This document shows positions 27,076 to 36,533 of a DNA stretch of 64,000 nt, in pieces (the stretch's first letter is position 1; every line of letters starts with the position of its first letter). Source of the DNA: Anaerolineae bacterium (GTDB lineage Bacteria > Chloroflexota > Anaerolineae > Aggregatilineales > J027); contig JAIOHL010000124.1 in assembly GCA_019913005.1 (NCBI GenBank), positions 31,107 to 95,106 on the forward strand. The letters run 5' to 3'. The translations under genes and the position numbers were made by a program. The notes under the pieces were generated by a model that did no database searches, was not told the origin of the DNA, and was given only the letters and a program-made list of their open reading frames with translations.

Positions 27076-29607
27076 TTAGCTACGGCGTAACCAACGGTGC
27101 AGTTTTTCGCGGATAAACGCCACACGCGCCTTTGTCCATGCGTTGCTGGCGACATGCTCGGCTTCGCGCTGGGCATCGTGGTCGGCGGCGGGTGGTGCAA
27201 AGCGGTCATGAATGTAAAGATGGGTAATGTCGGTGATGGGGTGCTGACCTTCTGGCACTTCGTCCACAAACACCTGACGGCGTTCTTCGGGAGTCATACG
27301 ATTGTGTACCCCGACCCCCAACCAGTTGCCATAAATCCCTAAACGTGCATAGGCTTTTTGCACCGGATTCAAGCCACCCAAGCCGCGATGTTCCACCCAC
27401 CAGATGATAAAGGCGATAATCAGCACGATCAGCAGCAACGTCACCAAAATGATCCCCAAGATGGTCAGGAAAACACGCCAGAACCCGGCACCACTGTCGG
27501 TCTCAAGGCTGGTAGCCTGTGGCTCCGGAGGGATAGGTGTTGCCGTTGGGGTGAAGGTCGGCGTAAAGGTTGGCGTCGGTGTCAAGGTTGGGGTGACGGT
27601 AGGCGTCACATTTGGTGGCAGGGTTGGTGATTGGGTAGGCGTTGGCGAGGGCGTGGGTGAATTTTGCTGTGGTGGGGGTAGTGTATTGGTTGGCAGCGAG
27701 GTTGGCGTGCTGGTCGGCATGGGCGTAATCGTTGGGAAGGTGCTGTTAAAGCTGACATCGCCGGGACGATTAAGCGGCAGTTCATCGGCAGTCGGCTCGA
27801 ATTCAACCCAACCGAAACCGGGGAAAAAGACTTCGACCCATGTGTGGGCATCGTTTTCACGCACCAGATAACTGCCATCATTGGGGCTGTATGTCCCCTC
27901 AGCAAATCCAGCCGCCATGCGCGATGGAATGCCTTGTGAACGGAGCATCATCACCATTGCCGAGGAATAGTAATTGCAATACCCCTCGCGGATGTCGAAG
28001 ATAAACCAGTCAATCGGGTCAACATTACTGGGTGGAGTTGGGATTTTCTCGTTATACAAAATATTGGCCCGCAGCCATTGTTCAACGGCTTTGGCTTTGT
28101 CATAGGGGGTTGCAGCACCGCTTTGCGAAATAATTTGTTCGGTTAGGCTACGTAATTCGCCGGAAATCGAACCACCCCCCTGCAAATAGGTGCGTGTAAC
28201 CCATTCAGGGTAAATGTTGTCAGCAGGACGTAATTCATCAGCCGAGGCGACACTGATGGAAGAAGTCACGGTGTAATCATCGCCTTCACGGAGAGGATCA
28301 CGGGCACGGATAATCGCCACATCTACCTCTTGATTGCGTCTTACACATTCCGGGCCGCCTTCGGGGACACAGTTAAGTTCCGCATCTACGCCAAGCCCCA
28401 TCTCACGCGGTTGAGGGGCGGCATAAATCAAGGATGAGGCGCTGATAAACATTTCCACATTTTGGACAAGGTCACGACGACCTGCATAATCACCGAGGTT
28501 AAATGACATGCCGGGGCTATCTTTATAGGCCCGCACCGAACGATTATGTGTCCATGTACCATTTTGATAGGTGTCAAAAACCGTTGAGCGCCAATAGAGC
28601 CGCAAATCACTGGTATTGCCCTCAACGCCGATTCGCATTACCTCTCGGTCACTCAACTGCACTGGGCCAGTCAGGTCAAGCCGATCTCCACCATAATAAT
28701 CGGCAGTGGCGATGCCGGGACCTTCGAGTGAGGAAAACAAGCGTGCAAAGAGGTCATTTATTTTTGCCAGTGGGTCGTTGCCCAAAAACTCCTTGATCTC
28801 GTCCCAATAGCCATCGCCATCTTGAATGGGCAGGGCCAACCCAAAAAGAACAGCCATGATGGTCATTGCTGTACCCAAGCGCAAAAAGTTAGTGCGAAGA
28901 TTACGTGGATACTTGACCCGCAGGCGATACCATTGATATTCCCGCGCTTCGATATTGACTTGGATCGTTAGGGGAAGGGCACACAACAAAAAGCCCAAGA
29001 GAAATAGGTCAAGCCGTGCATTGCCCGAATAGGCCATGATGATGGTAATGAGTATGAACCCCGGCGGCAGAATCGCCAACCAGACCCGATTGAGCCGAAT
29101 CAACTGCCAGATGGCATTGTGAGCCAAAAACCAAAACAGCATGGCTAGGAAAATGACAAAAACCAGATTATCCGTACCAACCCCGTTGTTGCTGACCGTC
29201 TCCCCCCAGCGCGACAAGCGATCACCCAATTCCTGCAACCGCCCTTGAAGGGTAAATGGGCCGGGAAGCGATAGAGTATAGACAAGCGTGATGGTGGCAA
29301 AGCCGTAGATACCGCTCAAAACCAATGCCAGCAGTTCGGAATAGTAGCTGCGGGCGAGCAGAAAACTCAATAAGGCACTGATCGTAATGACAGGGTAAAG
29401 TGTGCCAAGACCATCGGCCCAATCAGCGGTATTCAAGGCAAAGGCAGGCATCCACAAGAGTGCATTCACCAGAAACAGGGTCAGCATATCCCCGCGAGTA
29501 AAGGTGCGCCGCCATGCCTGCACGATGGCCTGTTGAATGCGATTAGGCCGGCGCTGCGGTTGACGATTGGGTAATGGATTAGATCGGCGAGATTGTGGAT
29601 AAGCCAT
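27076..29607 (-). CDS. Membrane transglutaminase-like protein (TgpA/DUF3488-type) with a Pro/Thr stalk and C-terminal TM
   Basis: Multiple N-terminal TMs, LYWRSTVFDTY, GYCNYYSSAM (Cys), DAHTWVEV (His), FEPT, then TP repeats. Confidence 0.88.
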   Translation of the reverse strand: MAYPQSRRSNPLPNRQPQRRPNRIQQAIVQAWRRTFTRGDMLTLFLVNALLWMPAFALNTADWADGLGTLYPVITISALLSFLLARSYYSELLALVLSGIYGFATITLVYTLSLPGPFTLQGRLQELGDRLSRWGETVSNNGVGTDNLVFVIFLAMLFWFLAHNAIWQLIRLNRVWLAILPPGFILITIIMAYSGNARLDLFLLGFLLCALPLTIQVNIEAREYQWYRLRVKYPRNLRTNFLRLGTAMTIMAVLFGLALPIQDGDGYWDEIKEFLGNDPLAKINDLFARLFSSLEGPGIATADYYGGDRLDLTGPVQLSDREVMRIGVEGNTSDLRLYWRSTVFDTYQNGTWTHNRSVRAYKDSPGMSFNLGDYAGRRDLVQNVEMFISASSLIYAAPQPREMGLGVDAELNCVPEGGPECVRRNQEVDVAIIRARDPLREGDDYTVTSSISVASADELRPADNIYPEWVTRTYLQGGGSISGELRSLTEQIISQSGAATPYDKAKAVEQWLRANILYNEKIPTPPSNVDPIDWFIFDIREGYCNYYSSAMVMMLRSQGIPSRMAAGFAEGTYSPNDGSYLVRENDAHTWVEVFFPGFGWVEFEPTADELPLNRPGDVSFNSTFPTITPMPTSTPTSLPTNTLPPPQQNSPTPSPTPTQSPTLPPNVTPTVTPTLTPTPTFTPTFTPTATPIPPEPQATSLETDSGAGFWRVFLTILGIILVTLLLIVLIIAFIIWWVEHRGLGGLNPVQKAYARLGIYGNWLGVGVHNRMTPEERRQVFVDEVPEGQHPITDITHLYIHDRFAPPAADHDAQREAEHVASNAWTKARVAFIREKLHRWLRRS
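27540..27735 (-). repeat. Pro/Thr-rich low-complexity coding repeat (TPT...)
   Basis: PTSTPTSLPTNTLPPP...TPTVTPTLTPTPTFTPTFTPTATP inside the transglutaminase. Confidence 0.8.
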
Positions 29608-29628
29608 ATGACGTTAAATCAATACCCT

Positions 29629-30981
29629 TTAAGGCAGTGCGCCTTCTAATTCATAGTCAATAATCTGATTCGCAAGGTCTGATGTAGGCGCGATGACGAC
29701 CCATGTATCACGGCCCTCGATGAATTGGCAGGCCGTGCGCGAGGGGCGTTCCCAACAACTAAGGGAATCGTTCAATGTGACACCGCCAACCTCAAACCAC
29801 ACCGCTAAAGCCGCGCCGTAGATGGTATAAAATTCGCTGGCGTCCTGTTCGGTATCCCATGTCAAATGTAATACCAGAATAGTCGTTGGGCTGTTATCCT
29901 CACCATACAACAAAAAATGGTCGCCACCCCATCCGGCAGCAGTGGAGACGGCAACAGGGGTATCTACAAAGAGATCAAGGTGTTCACGCAGGTAAAATTC
30001 ACCCAACGTCTGGTCGCGCAAGAGTTCCCAATCCCCTGCAACATCCTGAGAATCAAAAAAACCGTCCAATGGCTTGACCGAGACCTGCTGTGGTTGGTCG
30101 TTCTGAGTATATTGCTCGGGATGCAGAATTTGTTCGGTGCTGACTGGTGGTAGGGTATAGGCTTGATTCACCAGCGACCATCCCGCCGCTTGATTATAGA
30201 GAACCCGGACAAATTCGGTGCCTGCCGTATAGGGGAAAGAAAGTTCGGCCCGCAAAATCGAGGGCATGTTGTTATAAACAGCCGGGTTGTTCAGTGTTGT
30301 TTGGGTCAAGAGGTCATTGGCGATAGCCGGATTACGCTGCAACACCACCCCCGTATAAAAAGCTGTGGTCAGTTGGGCATCCCCTTCGAATAAAGCCAGC
30401 GCCGCCAATGCCTGATCGGGGTCAGTTGTATCAAGAAGACTGGCAACATCAAAATTCTGATAGATCAGCGCTTGGGCATATTCATGGGCATAAATTGCCC
30501 CGTAGATGGCATTCAATCCGCCCCAGTTGGGGATAAACATGATGTTGCGGGGGGGGTCAAAATAGCCTGTAAGCTGCTCAGTCATGAGATTGCGGGTTAG
30601 TTCCGCAAGGTCAGTATCTTCAGGCATAAAGCCAAACGCCCCATAGAAACGGGCATCATCTTGGGCCTGTTCTGTGGTGTAATCCACTTCTGCCAGTGCA
30701 AAGTTAATCAACTCCGTTGGGTGAACCAAACGCCGATCTATGGGCATGGTTTGATTGAGTTCACGGAGCAGCGATACATCCCCTTCCAATGTATTCAGAA
30801 TGGTCGTTGTGGCGTCATCAATTACCGCCGATATGGGTGGTTTGTCAGCATTCGGGATGGGCGTTGGGGTTGAGGCATCTTGGGCGCGAACGGGCATATT
30901 GGCATGGGGAGTCAACAAAACCATCCCCAGCAATGCCAGTAAAAGTAAGGGTGTGATGAAACGCCAAAAGTTTTTGACCAT
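29629..30981 (-). CDS. Secreted/surface protein related to zincin-like HExxH surface proteins, with a degenerate motif (HEYAQ)
   Basis: Signal peptide; GYFDP, AHEYAQAL, ALFEGDA, FPYTAG..FV, STEQILHPEQY, GWGGD and WDTEQDASEF motifs. Confidence 0.6.
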   Translation of the reverse strand: MVKNFWRFITPLLLLALLGMVLLTPHANMPVRAQDASTPTPIPNADKPPISAVIDDATTTILNTLEGDVSLLRELNQTMPIDRRLVHPTELINFALAEVDYTTEQAQDDARFYGAFGFMPEDTDLAELTRNLMTEQLTGYFDPPRNIMFIPNWGGLNAIYGAIYAHEYAQALIYQNFDVASLLDTTDPDQALAALALFEGDAQLTTAFYTGVVLQRNPAIANDLLTQTTLNNPAVYNNMPSILRAELSFPYTAGTEFVRVLYNQAAGWSLVNQAYTLPPVSTEQILHPEQYTQNDQPQQVSVKPLDGFFDSQDVAGDWELLRDQTLGEFYLREHLDLFVDTPVAVSTAAGWGGDHFLLYGEDNSPTTILVLHLTWDTEQDASEFYTIYGAALAVWFEVGGVTLNDSLSCWERPSRTACQFIEGRDTWVVIAPTSDLANQIIDYELEGALP

Positions 30982-31155
30982 GCAGTCCTCTCAAAATTTC
31001 ATTTTAGGGGGAAACGAAAGGTAATGGAAGGTAATTGTAGGCTTATTTGCCCACGATTGAATTACGCCTCACTGACGCATCATTCCTCACCTCGTTGTGC
31101 AACTTATGGCCCCGCTGCCTCGTAATTATAATTGAAGAATGTCAAAAAAAGGGGC

Positions 31156-31455
31156 ATGAAGGAGTATGCAGTATCAATGCTAGAAAATTTGCGACTGGCG
31201 TGGCGACTGTTTTGGGATCGCAACGTGAATGCGTCAACCAAGATTATCCCACTGCTGGCGGTGCTCTATGTGCTATCGCCCGTTGACATCTTGCCAGACG
31301 TCATCCCTGCGTTAGGCGTTACGGATGACGTGGGGGTATTCATCCTCGCCCTCGATTTCTTTATCCGTTCCGCTCCTGACAGCATAGTACGCCATCACCG
31401 CGACATTCTGGAAGGCGTCATCACGGGCAAACGCAGAAACGGTGATCCTGAATAG
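31156..31455 (+). CDS. DUF1232/YkvA family protein
   Basis: LYVLSPVDILPDVIPALGVTDD signature. Confidence 0.88.
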   Translation: MKEYAVSMLENLRLAWRLFWDRNVNASTKIIPLLAVLYVLSPVDILPDVIPALGVTDDVGVFILALDFFIRSAPDSIVRHHRDILEGVITGKRRNGDPE

Positions 31456-31461
31456 ACTCAA

Positions 31462-32676
31462 TCAAATGACGCCGCGCTGCTGGTAATCGGCAATAGCTGG
31501 CGGCTCAAGTCCTAACCAATCCATGAGTACGGCGGCGGTATCCTGCCCCAATAATGGTGGGGCATGTCGAACGGTTGGCGGGGTTTCCGAAAGTTTGACA
31601 GGCGGCCCTGCCATCTCCACTGTTGTCCCGTTTTCAAATGTAACCGTTTGCGCCAGTTGGCGGGATTGCACGTGCGGGTCGCCAAAGGCATCGGCGATTT
31701 GATTAATGGGGCCGGATGGAATCCCCGCATTGAGCAAAGCCTCTGTCCATTCATCGGCAGAGCGACGGCTGAAAATGACCTGTAAAAATCCTACCAAGAC
31801 CTCCCGATTTTTGACCCGTGCCGCATTGGTGACAAATCGTGCATCACGGGCGAGTTCCGGTTGACCAATAATTTTGCACAGCGCAGCAAATTGGGAATCA
31901 TTCCCCACCGCTAAGATAAAAGGCTTGTCGGCGGCCTCGAAGGTTTGATAGGGCACGATGTTGGGATGCCCGTTGCCATAACGAGGTGGATTTTGGCCGG
32001 ATACAAAATAATTGCTGGCGACATTAACCAGCGCGGCAAGCTGAGTATCCAGAAGGGCAATATCCACATGCTGCCCGCGTCCGGTTTGATGGCGATAATG
32101 GAGGGCGGCTTGAATGGCGTTGGCGGCATATAACCCGGCAATGACATCCGAAATGGCTACACCGACTTTGTAGGGTGGCCCATCCGTTGGCCCGGTGATC
32201 GCCATTAAGCCACTCTGCGCTTGGATAACATAATCGTAGCCGGGGCGGGAGGCATAAGGGCCAGTTTGCCCATAACCCGTGATGCTGCAATAAATCAGGC
32301 TGGGGTGTTCAGGCTGTAACTGCTCATAAGCGAGGCCGTAGGTCGCCATTTGCCCCACTTTGAAATTTTCAATCAGCACATCGCATTTCAGGGCCAATTG
32401 TTTCGCCAGTGCGGTGCCCTCCCCTGTTTTCAGATTGAGGGTAACACTGCGTTTGTTGCGATTAATGCTCAGATAATAGGCGCTCAATTGTTCATCCCCC
32501 ACCTCCAACCATGGCGGCCCCCATTCACGGGTATCGTCGCCACCTTGGGGATACTCGATTTTGATAACTTCCGCGCCCAAATCGGCTAGGAGCATGGTAC
32601 AAGATGGCCCAGCCAAAACACGGGTGAAATCGAGGATACGCAGGCCAGCAAGGGCGGAGGGAGTAGGTTGGATCAT
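31462..32676 (-). CDS. CaiB/BaiF family III CoA-transferase
   Basis: LAGLRILDFTRVLAGP, LADLGAEVIKIE, NRNKRSV, catalytic Asp in AISDVIAG, and APPLLGQDT. Confidence 0.93.
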   Translation of the reverse strand: MIQPTPSALAGLRILDFTRVLAGPSCTMLLADLGAEVIKIEYPQGGDDTREWGPPWLEVGDEQLSAYYLSINRNKRSVTLNLKTGEGTALAKQLALKCDVLIENFKVGQMATYGLAYEQLQPEHPSLIYCSITGYGQTGPYASRPGYDYVIQAQSGLMAITGPTDGPPYKVGVAISDVIAGLYAANAIQAALHYRHQTGRGQHVDIALLDTQLAALVNVASNYFVSGQNPPRYGNGHPNIVPYQTFEAADKPFILAVGNDSQFAALCKIIGQPELARDARFVTNAARVKNREVLVGFLQVIFSRRSADEWTEALLNAGIPSGPINQIADAFGDPHVQSRQLAQTVTFENGTTVEMAGPPVKLSETPPTVRHAPPLLGQDTAAVLMDWLGLEPPAIADYQQRGVI

Positions 32677-32729
32677 CGGGTACTCTGCATAAAAAATAAA
32701 GGAGTTGGGATTGGGTCGTTAATTCAACC

Positions 32730-32758
32730 TTGACGCCCCCTATTTTAACTGATATTCT
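32730..32758 (+). promoter_or_regulatory. sigma70-type promoter of the tRNA
   Basis: TTGACG-N17-TATTCT with an extended -10 TG, 14 nt before the tRNA. Confidence 0.7.
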
Positions 32759-32772
32759 CCTATCATCAACGA

Positions 32773-32844
<72 letters not shown>

Positions 32845-32853
32845 CTTAAAATT

Positions 32854-32885
32854 AGCCGCCATTTTTTGTGGCGGTTTTTTTATTT
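32854..32885 (+). terminator. Intrinsic terminator after tRNA-fMet
   Basis: AGCCGCCA/TGGCGGTT stem followed by a T-run. Confidence 0.8.
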
Positions 32886-32969
32886 CTACGAACCTGCTAC
32901 AATGTCCCCGATTTTAGCATTCTTATGAATACCCTAGCATTAATAGGAAGATTTAGAGGAGTCGTTGTT

Positions 32970-34499
32970 TTGTCGCGTACAACCTATCTTCGTTCGATTA
33001 CTTTGCTTGCATTGTTGGGAATTTTGCTTGGAAGCATCTGGCAGGTTGATCCCCCTTCCCGTTCCATCGCCCATGCTGCCAATCGCACCGCCAGCCAAGC
33101 CTGTTTTGCAGAGGTGAAATGGAATGGCGCCGCCAATTTGCGTATTGGCCCCAGCACCAATTATGGCATCGAGAAAGTGGCTGTGTCTGGCTTTAAAATG
33201 CGCGTCTTAGGCCAAGATGATGACGGTGAATGGCTTCAAGTTGAGGCAGGCGACCCAATCAATTTTATTGGTTGGGTCTGGTGGGAAAATGTGAATTTGT
33301 ATGGAAAATGCACCAATCTACCGGACACGGGTGAGAATCTAAACATTGAATCCGCTCCCGCCGCGCCGGAAGAGGTAGACCTGCCAGCATTCGCGCAAGG
33401 CATTGATTTCACTGACGAAGATCAAATATTTAAGTTGAATGATGGAATGCTGTATGTGCGTTATGAGCATGAGGTGGATGAAAAGATTACTTTACAAGCG
33501 CACATCTTGATTGCCGATCTGAATAATCCGAACGTGGATGTGGGGGTACATCTTGGGGCGGTGCCGGATTCAACGGCGACCCTCGTTTCGGATATGGTCA
33601 AAGAGGCAGGCGCGTTTGTTGCCATCAACGGCGACTTCTATGGTGGAAACTATATGCCACAGGGCCTGACCGTGATTGACGGGGAACTTGTGATTGCCCC
33701 CAAACATCGGGCCACTTTTGCCATCACCGAAAATCATAATGTCTATATCGGCTACTTCACCGAATCGTGGACGTGGCCTGCGACGGTGATTGCAGAAACG
33801 GGCAGCATTATCCCCTTGCAGCTTGCCAATCTACCCTGCGACCCAGCGTGGCTGTGCATCTACACCGACCACATGCGTCGGCTGCTTGTCAAATGGGGAT
33901 ATGATGGCACCCGTGTGCTGCTCAGTCCCGAATTTGAAGTGTTGGATATTGTGGTTGACCGCTTTATGGAAATCCCGGACGGTCATTATGTGCTGCGGGC
34001 GGGGACGTTTACCGACGCGGGTAAATGGCTGAAAGAAAATGTCGAAATCGGGGACACGCTCCAAGTCAATTTGGAAACCCACCCCGATTGGCGTAATTAT
34101 GAAAATGCCATCAGTGGAGGGCCAATTATTGTGAAGAATGGACGCTTCCGCCAAGATTGTGACCCCAATGTATCCGAGGCACGACGGGTCTGTGAAGAAT
34201 TTGATGACCGATTCCGTGAAGCCCACTATTTTGATGTGCATATTCCACGCTCGGCAGTTGGTTATAACCGCGATACCAGAACCTTGATTCTGGTGATGGT
34301 CGAAGGTTATGAACTCGGTGCAGGGATTACCCAAGAGGAATTGGCCGATTTGATGATTCGCTATGGAGCACAGACGGCGATGGAATTTGACGGCGGCGGT
34401 TCATCCAGTTTGTGGATTGATCGCGGCTTCGTCAACGATTTTGGTTATGATGGCGAACGGCGCGTATCGAACGCCTTGATGCTCTATTGGAACGAATAG
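32970..34499 (+). CDS. Secreted SH3b + phosphodiester glycosidase (NAGPA/DUF2233) family protein
   Basis: GAGGAG precedes TTG at 32970. Signal peptide, ANLRIGPSTNY SH3b, AINGDFY, ISGGPIIVKNG, PRSAVG and EFDGGGSS motifs. Confidence 0.85.
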   Translation: MSRTTYLRSITLLALLGILLGSIWQVDPPSRSIAHAANRTASQACFAEVKWNGAANLRIGPSTNYGIEKVAVSGFKMRVLGQDDDGEWLQVEAGDPINFIGWVWWENVNLYGKCTNLPDTGENLNIESAPAAPEEVDLPAFAQGIDFTDEDQIFKLNDGMLYVRYEHEVDEKITLQAHILIADLNNPNVDVGVHLGAVPDSTATLVSDMVKEAGAFVAINGDFYGGNYMPQGLTVIDGELVIAPKHRATFAITENHNVYIGYFTESWTWPATVIAETGSIIPLQLANLPCDPAWLCIYTDHMRRLLVKWGYDGTRVLLSPEFEVLDIVVDRFMEIPDGHYVLRAGTFTDAGKWLKENVEIGDTLQVNLETHPDWRNYENAISGGPIIVKNGRFRQDCDPNVSEARRVCEEFDDRFREAHYFDVHIPRSAVGYNRDTRTLILVMVEGYELGAGITQEELADLMIRYGAQTAMEFDGGGSSSLWIDRGFVNDFGYDGERRVSNALMLYWNE

Positions 34500-34528
34500 T
34501 CCTCAGCGCAGGATATATGGATTTTTGG

Positions 34529-34554
34529 AAGAGGGGCCAATAGATGCCCCTCTT
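34529..34554. terminator. Hairpin between convergent genes
   Basis: AAGAGGGGC/GCCCCTCTT 9-bp stem followed by TT on the plus strand. Confidence 0.6.
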
Positions 34555-34559
34555 TTCAT

Positions 34560-35783
34560 TTAATCACCGAATGAGGGAGAACCATATAAGCGTCGCAGAG
34601 TATTGATATCACGGATAGAAAGTGATGTATTGGGGGTTTCTTGAAAATACATAATGTCATCGGGGTCGGGGCTGTGGACGACCACCCCCAGCGAATGGAC
34701 AAGCTCATGCAGAGTCGCCGCAACCGGATAAAAAGCAGCAGTGGAAACAAAGGCAAATCCCCTAAAGTCGGGCCGCGCACTGCCACCCCATGTGCGGAAG
34801 GTGGCACACCCCGCCACCACAAAAATATCGCTGACTTCGCATTCTTTGGCAAGCTGAATCGCATCTACAATTTTTAGGACAATATCGGCCTGCCGCTCGT
34901 CGTCGGTTCGCTCAACCTCAATGACCTGATTGAGTTCCGCAATCGCGTTTTTCACCGCGTAATCCCAAATGAGGTCACTGCCTTCGCTCTCGAAATATAT
35001 CGTGACCGGAAATTCATAGAATCGCCAGTAACGACCATTGGCATAATACAATTCCATTGTTGTGCCATCGCCATTGCCAAGCCAATAGGTATCGCCAAAA
35101 TTTACCGGGTCTATCGTTACGATGGGGCGCGACGTAGAAAATGGCGTATCGGTTGGGCGGGGTGTGCTGGTGTAATAGGGTGGCAGAGTCGCAGTTGGAA
35201 TAGTGGGATTGGGCGTCCATGTCGGGGGAAGTTCTTCACGACCCTCGGCACTTGGCCGTGTTGGGACTGCCTCAGAGTTGTCTATGGGTGCATTAGGCGT
35301 TGGATTAGCGTTAAAAGCAGACTGAGTAGGCGAAGATGGCTTATCATCCTTACCTAACACAATAATGACTGCTGCAATGACACCCATCAAGAGGCCTACC
35401 GCAATCACAACCAAGACCCCCGTCAGCAAATGTGATGATTGATTTTGCTTGGCCGGAGGTGACTGCGACGGCATCCAGTTTGTTGTTTTGGAGGGTTCAA
35501 GAACTGGTGTAGCAAAAGGTGCTGGAACAGGGGCAACCTCAAAAATCAATTCGGCGAGTTTGGCTTTAGCCCCACCGTGATTGGGATTAATACGCAGGAC
35601 TTGGTTCAAGGCGTATTCGACATGGCGAGGGTTGGTAACAGTGTTAGCGGCTAACCACCATGCCATTTCATTATCTGGTTCGCTTTTGAGAATGGGGTCA
35701 ATTAGCTTCAGTGCATCGGCACGATTTCCAGCCTTAATTAAAGCATAGGCCTGCTGTAATTGTGATTTGGTTTGCTCATCCAT
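34560..35783 (-). CDS. TPR-like N-terminus + TM + Pro/Thr linker + matrixin (M10-like metzincin) domain
   Basis: LQQAYALIKAG...EPDNEMAWW TPR-like repeat; HELVHSLGVVVHS zinc motif and DIMY Met-turn. Confidence 0.85.
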   Translation of the reverse strand: MDEQTKSQLQQAYALIKAGNRADALKLIDPILKSEPDNEMAWWLAANTVTNPRHVEYALNQVLRINPNHGGAKAKLAELIFEVAPVPAPFATPVLEPSKTTNWMPSQSPPAKQNQSSHLLTGVLVVIAVGLLMGVIAAVIIVLGKDDKPSSPTQSAFNANPTPNAPIDNSEAVPTRPSAEGREELPPTWTPNPTIPTATLPPYYTSTPRPTDTPFSTSRPIVTIDPVNFGDTYWLGNGDGTTMELYYANGRYWRFYEFPVTIYFESEGSDLIWDYAVKNAIAELNQVIEVERTDDERQADIVLKIVDAIQLAKECEVSDIFVVAGCATFRTWGGSARPDFRGFAFVSTAAFYPVAATLHELVHSLGVVVHSPDPDDIMYFQETPNTSLSIRDINTLRRLYGSPSFGD

Positions 35784-35868
35784 CCCGATTTTGGCTACCT
35801 GTAAGATATACTTTTTCCCATGCGTCAACTCTGCAATAAACAATAGTAATTTATGGCGAGGAAATCAA

Positions 35869-36519
35869 GTGGCTAAAATTCATGAATATCAGGGACAAGG
35901 CATTACCGTGCAATATGAGCTAAAGCGCTGCATCCATGCCGAAAAATGCGTACACGGCCTTCCAACAGTTTTTAATCGGGAAGAGCGGCCTTGGATTCAG
36001 CCTCAACACGCAAACGCCGATGAACTTGCTAAAGTGATCGAACAGTGCCCAACCGGGGCGCTTCATTATCAACGAACGGATGGCGGCCTACCCGAAGCCA
36101 TCCCTCAAGAAAATACCATCCAGATTGAACCAAATGGGCCATTGCATGTGCGGGGCAATGTCGAAGTAGTCAGCAGTAACGGCAGCCTCATTCTAAATGA
36201 TACGCGGGTGGCGTTGTGTCGGTGTGGGGCATCCCAATTTAAGCCGTTTTGCGATAACAGTCATATCGCGGCTGGATTCACTGATCCCGGCCTGCCCGAA
36301 ACTACCACGATTAAAGATTTATCGGATAGTGAAACACGGATGGTTATTACACTCAACCAGAATGGGCCAATTGGGGTTGCGGGGAATTTTCGCATCTTAA
36401 ACGCAAATGGCGAGGTGATTTTTCAGGGAACTGAGACATGGCTGTGTCGCTGCGGCGGGTCTAAGAATAAGCCGTTTTGCGACAAGACACATCGAACCAA
36501 CGGATTCCAAGCGGATTAG
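35869..36519 (+). CDS. Fe-S protein: Fer4_19-type ferredoxin domain plus two CDGSH-type domains
   Basis: CIHAEKCVHG...CPTGAL, LCRCGASQFKPFCDNSH and LCRCGGSKNKPFCDKTH; GTG start after GAGG. Confidence 0.9.
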   Translation: MAKIHEYQGQGITVQYELKRCIHAEKCVHGLPTVFNREERPWIQPQHANADELAKVIEQCPTGALHYQRTDGGLPEAIPQENTIQIEPNGPLHVRGNVEVVSSNGSLILNDTRVALCRCGASQFKPFCDNSHIAAGFTDPGLPETTTIKDLSDSETRMVITLNQNGPIGVAGNFRILNANGEVIFQGTETWLCRCGGSKNKPFCDKTHRTNGFQAD

Positions 36520-36533
36520 GACTATCCAAACAA

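Noticed and set aside
27404-27871. Gly/Val-repeat ORF (GVKVGVTVG)
   Set aside because: Mirror image of the Pro/Thr linker of the transglutaminase on the opposite strand.
33831-34334. 167-aa minus-strand ORF
   Set aside because: Antisense to the NAGPA catalytic domain; no motifs.
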